DNA from: Desulfobulbus propionicus DSM 2032
Lineage (GTDB): Bacteria; Desulfobacterota; Desulfobulbia; Desulfobulbales; Desulfobulbaceae
NCBI RefSeq assembly: GCF_000186885.1
Contig: NC_014972.1
Coordinates: forward strand, 2,550,001 to 2,582,000
Length of the DNA stretch: 32,000 nucleotides
Direction of reading: 5' to 3'
Under the pieces are notes generated by a model. The model was not told the DNA's origin. It saw only the letters and a list, made by a program, of their open reading frames with translations, and did no database searches. The position numbers and the translations under genes were made by a program. Position 1 is the stretch's first letter, and each line of letters opens with the position of its first letter. Positions 25,679-32,000 of the stretch are shown here, piece by piece.

Positions 25679-27559
25679 TCAGAATTCCATGTGAAAGCTG
25701 TAGACACCCTCTTCCAGCTGACTGGTGACCTTGAGGCCGGAATGGTTGAACACGTTCTGCATCCGCTCGTTTTCCCGCAGGACCTCGGCGGTGAAGCCGG
25801 CAATGCCGTTGCGTTTGGCGATCTTGATCAGGTGCTGGAAGAGGAAGGTACCCAGTCCCTTGTTCTGCCAGCCATCGCGGACCACGAAGGCCACCTCGGC
25901 CAGGTTGGTCTTTTCATTGAGGTAGTAGGTGCCGACCGCGATGATCTGTTCGCCATGCGCCTCGGGCACAGTGCCCACCACGGCCACGTCGCGGCGGTGG
26001 TCGATATAGACGAAATCCTGGATCTGGCGCGGGGTGAAGCGCTGCTGCCGGCTCATGAAGCGGTAATAGATGGTCTCCTGGCTGAGGTTGTAGATCAGGT
26101 CGCGCATGTGGGGCTCGTCGGTGGGCTTGATCGAACGGAAATCGATCTCGGTGCCGTCCTCCATGAGGAAGGTGGCGCGGATCGATTCCTCCACCGGAAT
26201 CATGAACCGATTGCCGAAACGGGCCAGGTCGGGCCGCAGGTACTTGGCCGCCACCGCCTCGCGGAACAGCTGCTCGCGGAAATCCGGATGGGCAATCGAA
26301 ATCAGGGCCATGACCCGCTCGGCGATCGACTTGCCGTGCAGATAGGCCACGCCGTATTCGGTGACCACGTAGTGGACGCTGGCCCGGTTGATGACCACCC
26401 CCGAACCGGGTTGCAGGGTGCAGACGATGCGCGAGGCATCGCCCTCCCTGTTCAACGACGGCAGGGTGATGATCGCCCGGCCGCTCTCCGCCTTGGCCGC
26501 GCCGCGATTGAAGTCGATCTGGCCGCCGATGCCCGAATAAAAGCGGCCGCCCACCGAATCCGAGCAGACCTGGCCGGTGAGGTCGATCTCCAGGGCCATG
26601 TTGACCGCCACCATCCGCTTGTGCTTGCCGATGACGTTGGCGTCGTTGATGTATTCGGTGGGCCGGAAGCTGAACAGCGGGTTGTCGTGGATGTAGTCGT
26701 AAAGCTTCTTGGTGCCCATGCAGAAACTGGCGGTGATCTTGCCCTTGTCGATGGTCTTCATCGCCCCTGTCACGGCCCCGGATTCGATCAGGGGGATGAT
26801 GGTGTCGGAGATCATCTCGGTGTGGAAGCCGATATCCTTGCGATCATGCAGAAATTCCATCACCACCTGGGGAATGCGGCCATAGCCCGGAACCCGACCG
26901 AGCCCCAATTCGATGGTCGAGCCGTTAGGAATCAGGGCAGCGGCGGTCTGGGCGATCTTGCGGCTGATCGGGTTGGGCGGATCAATGGCCCGCTCCAGGA
27001 TCGGCCGGTCCACCGGCACCAGGATATCGAGATCAAAGACATCGACCAGGGTATCGCCGTGAGTCCAGGGCATGTTGGGGTTGACCTCGGCGATCACCAG
27101 CGAGGCGTTCTCGGTGGCGCTGCGGACGATGTCCACCGAAATGCCCAGGCTGACCCGGCCACGGGTGTCGGGCGGGGTCACCTGGATCAGGGCCACGTCG
27201 ATGGGCAGGCTGCCGGAGTCGAACAGCTTGGGTACGTCGGAGAGCAGGATCGGGGTGTAGTCGCCAAATCCTTCCTGGATGACGTCGCGGATGTTGGAGC
27301 TGATGAAAAAGGCGTTGATGGCGAAACTGTCGGCCATCTTCTTGTCGGCGTAGGGGGCGTCGCCCTTGGTGATCAGCTGGATGATCTCGACGTTGGTCAG
27401 CGAGCGGGCCCGCTGGGTCATGGCCGCGATCAGCTCCTGGGGCGCGCCGCAGCCGGTGCCGATGAACACCCGCTGGCCGGCCTTGAGGTGGCTGAGGGAC
27501 TGGGCCGGGGTGGCGATCATGTCACTGTATTTTTCCTGCCAGTTGTGTTCGTATTCCAT
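25679..27559 (-). CDS. Fusion protein: acetyl-CoA hydrolase/CoA-transferase (AbfT/Cat1-like) plus a C-terminal Pat-type GNAT acetyltransferase
   Basis: 626 aa. Residues 1 to about 440 are the CoA-transferase fold (GTGCGAPQ, GFHTEMISD with the catalytic-Glu context, SGIGGQIDF). Residues about 465-626 (nt about 25682-26167) are the GNAT, with IKPTDEPHMRDLIYNLSQETIYYRF and the acetyl-CoA loop WQNKGLGT. By my recollection this aligns block by block with the C-terminal GNAT of Salmonella Pat. Confidence 0.9.
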   Translation of the reverse strand: MEYEHNWQEKYSDMIATPAQSLSHLKAGQRVFIGTGCGAPQELIAAMTQRARSLTNVEIIQLITKGDAPYADKKMADSFAINAFFISSNIRDVIQEGFGDYTPILLSDVPKLFDSGSLPIDVALIQVTPPDTRGRVSLGISVDIVRSATENASLVIAEVNPNMPWTHGDTLVDVFDLDILVPVDRPILERAIDPPNPISRKIAQTAAALIPNGSTIELGLGRVPGYGRIPQVVMEFLHDRKDIGFHTEMISDTIIPLIESGAVTGAMKTIDKGKITASFCMGTKKLYDYIHDNPLFSFRPTEYINDANVIGKHKRMVAVNMALEIDLTGQVCSDSVGGRFYSGIGGQIDFNRGAAKAESGRAIITLPSLNREGDASRIVCTLQPGSGVVINRASVHYVVTEYGVAYLHGKSIAERVMALISIAHPDFREQLFREAVAAKYLRPDLARFGNRFMIPVEESIRATFLMEDGTEIDFRSIKPTDEPHMRDLIYNLSQETIYYRFMSRQQRFTPRQIQDFVYIDHRRDVAVVGTVPEAHGEQIIAVGTYYLNEKTNLAEVAFVVRDGWQNKGLGTFLFQHLIKIAKRNGIAGFTAEVLRENERMQNVFNHSGLKVTSQLEEGVYSFHMEF

Positions 27560-27601
27560 GGCAAACCCCTTGCGTGGGTGAAAATGGCGCGGCGGGCCGG
27601 G

Positions 27602-29722
27602 TTAGAGACCGGCCAACGGCCGGGCAAAGGTCATACGGGCGTCGGCCACCACCGGTTCGTTGCCGATCTCGCCGACAATCAGGGGATTGATGTCCAGTTC
27701 GACGATCTGGGGAAAATCGGTGGTCAGCTGGCTGATCCGTTGCAGAGACACGGCAATGGCGCTGATGTCCACCTCCTTGAGGCCGCGCTTGCCCTCGAGC
27801 AGCTCGTAGGAGCGGGTCGACTTGAGCATCTGGATGGCCTCGTTCTCGGTGATCGGCGCCAGGTGGAAGGTGACATCCTTCATCACCTCGACGAAGATGC
27901 CGCCCAGACCGAACATCAGCATCGGCCCGAACTGGGGGTCGCGGGTCATACCGATGATCACCTCCAGGCCCTTCTCGGCCATCTTCTCCACATAGACACC
28001 CTCGACAATGGCGTTGGGCGCGTGCTTGTTGATGCGCAGCATCATCAGGTCAAAGGCGTCGGCCACCTCCTGGCTGGAGCCGATGTTGAGCCGCACCCCG
28101 CCCAGATCCGACTTGTGGACGATACTGGGCGAGACGATCTTCATCGCCACCGGAAAGCCGATGAAACGGGCTATCTCCACCGCCTCCTCGAGGCTGGTGG
28201 TCAACCGGCCCTCCATGATGCGGAAGCCGTAGGCCTTGAGAATGTCCTTGGACTTGACCTCGCCCAGCCGGAGCCGGCCGGTGCGCTGGCGGCGGGTGAT
28301 GATCCGCTCCACCCGGCGGCGGTTAACCGGGAAACGGACCACATGGCGAGCCGGCCGTCGTTTCCATTCGCCATACTCGTGCATGGCCTTGAGCGCACCC
28401 ACGGCCCGTTCGGGCGAGTCGTAGAAGGGCAGTCCGGCCGCGGCCAGTTCCTTGCGCGAAGGCATGACGTCCGACCCGCCGAGGAAGGAGGCGAGCACCG
28501 GGGTGGTTTCGTCCATGTGGGCGACAATGGCCCTGACCGTGGCCGCCGGCTGAGTCATGTACTGGGGCGCCAGCACCACCAGGATGGCGTCGATGGAGTC
28601 GTCGGCCACGGCGCTGTCGATGGCGGCGGCATAGTGGCGCGGTTCGGCGTCGGCAGAGATGTCGATCGGGTTGTCGATGAAGGCGGCCGGCGGCAGCTCC
28701 GCCCGCAACCGTGCCACCAGCGAATCGCTCAGCCGGGTGACGCTCAGGCCGGATTTCTCCACCGCGTCGGCGGCCATGGTGCCGGAACCGCCCGAGTTGG
28801 TGATAACCAGCACCCGGTCACCCCGAGGCGTGGGCTGCAGGGCGAGCGCGGTGGCATAGTCGAACAGGGCCTCGAAACTGTCGGCCCGGCAGATGCCGGC
28901 CCGTTTGAAGGCCGCGCCGTAGGCGGTGTCCTTGCCGGCGAGCACGCCGGTGTGATTGGCCGCGGCCTTGGTGCCGGCCACGGTGGTGCCGGCCTTGAGG
29001 ATCACCACCGGTTTGCGGCTGCTGGCTTCCTGGGCTGCCTTGACGAACTTGTCGCCGTCGCTGATGTCTTCCAGATAACCGACAATGACCTTGGTTTCAT
29101 CGTCCTGGGCCAGGGCGGCGAGCACATCGACCTCGGTGATGTCCGCCTTGTTGCCGATGGAGATCGATTTCGACACCCCGAGCTCGCGCTCGTCGGCGAT
29201 GTCCATCATGGCGGTGCACAGGGCCCCGGATTGGGAGAAGATGGCCAGATGGCCGCGCTGGGGAATGCGTTTGGAAAAGGAAGCGTTCAGTTTGATGGCC
29301 GTGTTGATGATGCCCAAGCAGTTGGGGCCCAGGAGCCGCACCCCGCCCCTGCGGCAGATCTCGGTCAGCTCTTCCTCCAGCTTCCGCCCGTGGGGTCCGG
29401 TTTCCTTGAATCCCGAGGCCACCACCACGATGGCGCCGGCCTTTTTCTTGACCGCCTCGCGGGCAGCGGCCGGAACCATCTCCGCCGGGACCGCGATCAC
29501 CACCAAATCCACGGGGTGGGGATAGTCGGCGATGGTGGGGTAGACCTTGAGGCCAAACAGTTCGCCCCCGGCCGAGTTGACCGGCGCGATCGGGCCGGGA
29601 AAACCACTCTTGACCAGATTGCTCACCGTGTCGTAGCCGACCTTGCCCACGGTCTTGGAAGCGCCGATCACCGCGATCGACTCCGGGGAAAACAGTCTAT
29701 CGAGCATGGCCACCTCGTTCAT
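27602..29722 (-). CDS. ADP-forming (NDP-forming) acetyl/acyl-CoA synthetase, fused alpha-beta type
   Basis: 706 aa. CoA-binding N-terminus SIAVIGASKTVGKVG, LGPNCLG, phosphohistidine loop AAANHTGVLAG (His retained), and a C-terminal ATP-grasp (FPVAMKIVSPSIVHKSDLGGVRLN). ATGA overlap with the upstream CBS gene. Confidence 0.92.
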   Translation of the reverse strand: MNEVAMLDRLFSPESIAVIGASKTVGKVGYDTVSNLVKSGFPGPIAPVNSAGGELFGLKVYPTIADYPHPVDLVVIAVPAEMVPAAAREAVKKKAGAIVVVASGFKETGPHGRKLEEELTEICRRGGVRLLGPNCLGIINTAIKLNASFSKRIPQRGHLAIFSQSGALCTAMMDIADERELGVSKSISIGNKADITEVDVLAALAQDDETKVIVGYLEDISDGDKFVKAAQEASSRKPVVILKAGTTVAGTKAAANHTGVLAGKDTAYGAAFKRAGICRADSFEALFDYATALALQPTPRGDRVLVITNSGGSGTMAADAVEKSGLSVTRLSDSLVARLRAELPPAAFIDNPIDISADAEPRHYAAAIDSAVADDSIDAILVVLAPQYMTQPAATVRAIVAHMDETTPVLASFLGGSDVMPSRKELAAAGLPFYDSPERAVGALKAMHEYGEWKRRPARHVVRFPVNRRRVERIITRRQRTGRLRLGEVKSKDILKAYGFRIMEGRLTTSLEEAVEIARFIGFPVAMKIVSPSIVHKSDLGGVRLNIGSSQEVADAFDLMMLRINKHAPNAIVEGVYVEKMAEKGLEVIIGMTRDPQFGPMLMFGLGGIFVEVMKDVTFHLAPITENEAIQMLKSTRSYELLEGKRGLKEVDISAIAVSLQRISQLTTDFPQIVELDINPLIVGEIGNEPVVADARMTFARPLAGL

Positions 29723-30375
29723 GGGGTTTTCTGGGGGACGTGGACCACAAAGCCGTCGGCTTCCAAGGCTTTATGCACCGAACGGACGTTGTAGGTATTG
29801 ATGCGCAGATAGATCATGGCCCGGCGCTTGTCGGTGCCTTCGGCCCGCACCAGGCGGGTAAACTGGACCTGCTTTTCCTCCATGATCCGCACCAGCTTGC
29901 TCAGGGCCTGCGGGTCCTGATTGTCCTCAATCGAGACCAACACCGATCCCTTGGCACCCAGGCCGAACAGGTCGCGGTAGGCGTTCATCAGGTCGGCGGT
30001 GGTGAAGACCCCGACCACCTTTTCCTCCTCGTTGACCACCGGCAGGGCGCCGATCTTGCGCGACTGGAACAGCAGCAGGGCGTCGTCCAGGGTGGCATGG
30101 GGGACAAGGAAGAGGCAATCGCGGGTCATCAGCACGGAAACTGGTGTTTTGTTGACCTTTTCCTCGACCGTTCCCCGTTCTTTGCTCTGGGCCACGGTGG
30201 AAGGCCGGGCCGAACGCAGGTCGCGGTCGGAAAGAATCCCCTGAAGCACGCCCTGTTCATCGACCACCGGCAGGTGGCGGATATTGTAGCGTTGCAGGAT
30301 GTCGATCGCCTCGGCCACGGTCTGCTCCGGAGTAACCGTGACCGGTGACGGTGTCATGTGATCGTGGATGAACAT
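29719..30375 (-). CDS. acuB: AcuB-like CBS-pair plus ACT-like domain protein
   Basis: 218 aa. Two CBS motifs (IRHLPVVDEQGVLQGILSDRDL; IGALPVVNEEEKVVGVFTTADL). The C-terminal segment of about 70 aa (GSVLVSIEDNQDPQALSKLVRIMEEKQVQFTRLV) is ACT-like. Confidence 0.85.
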   Translation of the reverse strand: MFIHDHMTPSPVTVTPEQTVAEAIDILQRYNIRHLPVVDEQGVLQGILSDRDLRSARPSTVAQSKERGTVEEKVNKTPVSVLMTRDCLFLVPHATLDDALLLFQSRKIGALPVVNEEEKVVGVFTTADLMNAYRDLFGLGAKGSVLVSIEDNQDPQALSKLVRIMEEKQVQFTRLVRAEGTDKRRAMIYLRINTYNVRSVHKALEADGFVVHVPQKTP

Positions 30376-30409
30376 CGATATACTCCCCTGGTTTTATTGC
30401 TGTGTGCAC

Positions 30410-31375
30410 TCATTCATCGGTCTCCACAAGCCCGGACAAATAGGCTTCAACGCAAACACCAAGTTTTTCAAGAAAATATCCGCCCTCAAGGATCGAGAGC
30501 ACGCGCCCTTGGGTGTAGTCGCGGGCGAGTTCCGTCACAAAGTTGCCCAGCCGCCGATAGAGATCGACGGTGAAGGCCAGGCCCGACATGTCGTCCTGGC
30601 GGTGGGCGTCGAATCCGGCGCCGACGATCAGGGCATCGGGCCGGATGGTGTCGAGAAAATTTCTGATCTTGGGAAAAAGACGCAGTACTTGCTCCGCGCC
30701 GGCGCCGGGGGGCAACGGCAGATTGAGGATGGTGCCCTTGCCGGGACCGACCCCCTTGTCCTCGGCCCAGCCGGTTCCGGGATAGCTGAAGCTGGGATGC
30801 TCGTGAATCGATATATAGGCGGTGTCCGCCTCTTGCTCGAAAGCGGTCTGGATGCCGTTGCCGTGGTGGGCGTCGAAATCGAACACGCACACCCGGCGGC
30901 GGCTGTACTCCTGCTGCCAGTAACGGGCGGCGATCACGCAGTTGTTGAAAAAACAGAATCCATAGGGCTGGTTGGGTTCGGCGTGATGGCCCGGTGGCCG
31001 GGTCTGGCAGAAGACCACCGTTCCCGGCTGGCGCTCGATCCTGTCCACCCCGACCAGGCCGGCACCAGCGGACAGGGTGGCGATGTCAAAGGATTCGTAG
31101 CCCACTTGATTGTCGGGATGGTCGATATAGGTGCGACCGGAGAGCACCGCCTCCTCGAAGCGAAACAACCAGCCCTCGGTATGGAAGGTCAGCAGTTGGG
31201 CACGGGTGGCCGGACGGGGGGCGAAGGTGCGGATGCGCCCGGCCAGGTGTCCCTGCATGAGCCGGTCAGTGATCACCTGCATCCGCTCGGGCGCTTCCGG
31301 ATGATCACCGCCGCCGGTATCGTGCCGGCAAAAAGCGGGGTCGGTGATGAGGGTAATGGCAGGCTCGTTTTCCAT
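30410..31375 (-). CDS. acuC: AcuC/histone-deacetylase-family protein deacetylase
   Basis: About 321 aa from ATG 31375 (the track starts at GTG 31387). RPPGHHA, FDFDAHHGNG, GFDAHRQD and EGGY are the Zn-dependent HDAC/AcuC/APAH signatures. Confidence 0.92.
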   Translation of the reverse strand: MENEPAITLITDPAFCRHDTGGGDHPEAPERMQVITDRLMQGHLAGRIRTFAPRPATRAQLLTFHTEGWLFRFEEAVLSGRTYIDHPDNQVGYESFDIATLSAGAGLVGVDRIERQPGTVVFCQTRPPGHHAEPNQPYGFCFFNNCVIAARYWQQEYSRRRVCVFDFDAHHGNGIQTAFEQEADTAYISIHEHPSFSYPGTGWAEDKGVGPGKGTILNLPLPPGAGAEQVLRLFPKIRNFLDTIRPDALIVGAGFDAHRQDDMSGLAFTVDLYRRLGNFVTELARDYTQGRVLSILEGGYFLEKLGVCVEAYLSGLVETDE

Positions 31376-31644
31376 TGCAAGGTCCACTGATCAGACGGCC
31401 GACCGGCAGCGCTGCGCCTCCGGTGTGACTGTGTCGCTCAACCTTACCGTATTCCTCGACAAAAACGAAGCGTATCTTCGCTTTCCCGCCACAACTTTTT
31501 GCCCAGTCACGGAAAACCCCTCCCGCCACATCGATACAACGCACGCATCACGCGATCAATCCTGCGGTAGCGAACCTTGAGGCACGATGGCGTCTTGCAG
31601 CGTCCTTGCCCCTCCGTCGGCTCTTTTTTTGCTGATTACAGCAG

Positions 31645-31671
31645 GGGACCCAAACGGCCCTTTATTTTTTT
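31645..31671 (+). terminator. Orphan terminator-like hairpin plus T-tract on the + strand
   Basis: GGG(A)CC (31645-31650), CAAAC loop, GGCCC (31656-31660), then TTTATTTTTTT (31661-31671). A second small hairpin TGCTG-ATTA-CAGCA (31630-31643) follows a T7 run (31624-31630). No + strand CDS lies upstream. Confidence 0.3.
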
Positions 31672-31675
31672 AGGT

Positions 31676-31743
31676 AACTCTAAATGACACTTGACAACAG
31701 ACCTCCGTTAAGGCATAAAACTCTAAATTTAGTTTTATCTAAA
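31676..31743 (+). promoter_or_regulatory. AT-rich control region: repeated AACTCTAAAT boxes flanking a TTGACA-N17-CATAAA promoter
   Basis: AACTCTAAAT occurs at 31676-31685 and 31719-31728. TTGACA at 31691-31696 and CATAAA at 31714-31719. Perfect palindrome CTAAATTTAG at 31723-31732. A third TCTAAA at 31738-31743. Confidence 0.4.
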
Positions 31744-31905
31744 ACTATAAGGTCGTATAAATATACAATCTACCCTCAACACGGTTCGCGCACAAGCACC
31801 GGTCCATCCGTCGCGGCGACCGGCTTGCCTGTCGCACCCGTTGTGCCAATGCCCCATCCGTGATCCCATGAATGAAGGTACGCCCTACTCCTGGAGGTTG
31901 TTATC

Positions 31906-32000
31906 ATGGAAGCGACTGCATCAAGTGTCCGCGCCACGCACCGCAAAAAAATCTGGCATATCGACAGCTGCTACAAATGTGCCCTGATCGGCACCTGCCT
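31906..32000 (+). CDS. 5' end of an unidentified ORF (Cys-rich N-terminus), truncated by the window edge
   Basis: GGAGG (31893-31897) lies 8 nt upstream of ATG 31906. Reads MEATASSVRATHRKKIWHIDSCYKCALIGTC... and contains an H-x3-C-x2-C pattern. Too short to assign. Confidence 0.5.
   Translation, partial: MEATASSVRATHRKKIWHIDSCYKCALIGTC

Noticed and set aside
25691-29794. 1367-aa ORF on the + strand, the longest ORF in the window
   Set aside because: It is antisense to two well-supported - strand genes with strong family motifs. Its translation is low-complexity G/D/H/R/V-rich with no recognisable motif. This is the typical stop-codon-poor shadow frame of GC-rich coding DNA.
31491-31507. Sigma-54-like TGGGCA-N5-TTGTG on the - strand upstream of the acu-like operon
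   Set aside because: The -12 element reads GT instead of the near-invariant GC, and the -24 element is also imperfect. This is insufficient without an EBP gene or experimental data.
31305-31580. Two small ORFs (79 aa on the - strand, 78 aa on the + strand) in the acuC upstream region
   Set aside because: Both overlap the acuC 5' end, lack an SD and have Arg/Cys/Pro-rich improbable sequences. They are probably non-coding.
31581-31599. Sigma-54-like GGCACG...TTGCA on the + strand
   Set aside because: The GG and GC dinucleotides are separated by 14 nt instead of the required 10, and there is no downstream + strand gene at a suitable distance.

Overview
High-GC bacterial chromosomal window. Gene content and protein motifs look most like a Desulfobacterota (deltaproteobacterial) genome, but that is inference only. 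Positions 1-15.5 kb (+ strand) hold one contiguous flagellar block: flhB(3' end)-flhA-flhF-flhG-fliA-(membrane-anchored DUF2802-like ORF)-flgF-flgG-flgA-flgH-flgI-flgJ(rod-binding domain only). Two sigma-28-type promoters with identical geometry follow. The first drives (unknown ~188 aa protein)-flgM-flgN and the second drives flgK-flgL. The block ends with csrA-fliW and a textbook intrinsic terminator. No flagellin gene lies in the window. Positions 15.5-31.4 kb are entirely on the - strand. In transcription order (right to left) they encode an acu-like four-gene operon (AcuC-type deacetylase, AcuB-type CBS/ACT protein, ADP-forming acyl-CoA synthetase, CoA-transferase fused to a Pat-type GNAT), a small AT-rich orphan gene (Mrr-N-like winged helix), uvrB, a DUF374 acyltransferase-like gene and a CobB/CbiA-type amidase. 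These are followed by a hybrid histidine kinase plus REC-HD-GYP regulator pair behind a consensus sigma-70 promoter, then yjbQ, an orphan HlyD/YbhG-like adaptor and cysC. The window closes with an unusually AT-rich, repeat-bearing control region and the first 31 codons of a + strand ORF. I found no rRNA, tRNA, CRISPR array, transposase or integrase. Three things most deserve a second look. (1) The acu-like operon, in which the Pat-type GNAT is fused to a CoA-transferase instead of its usual NDP-forming synthetase-like domain, while an intact synthetase is encoded next door. (2) The sigma-28-driven unknown gene upstream of flgM, whose leader has a CsrA-type two-site GGA architecture. (3) The compositionally foreign mini-gene wedged between that operon and uvrB. 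All start codons, promoters and RNA structures were called by eye and need computational or experimental confirmation.
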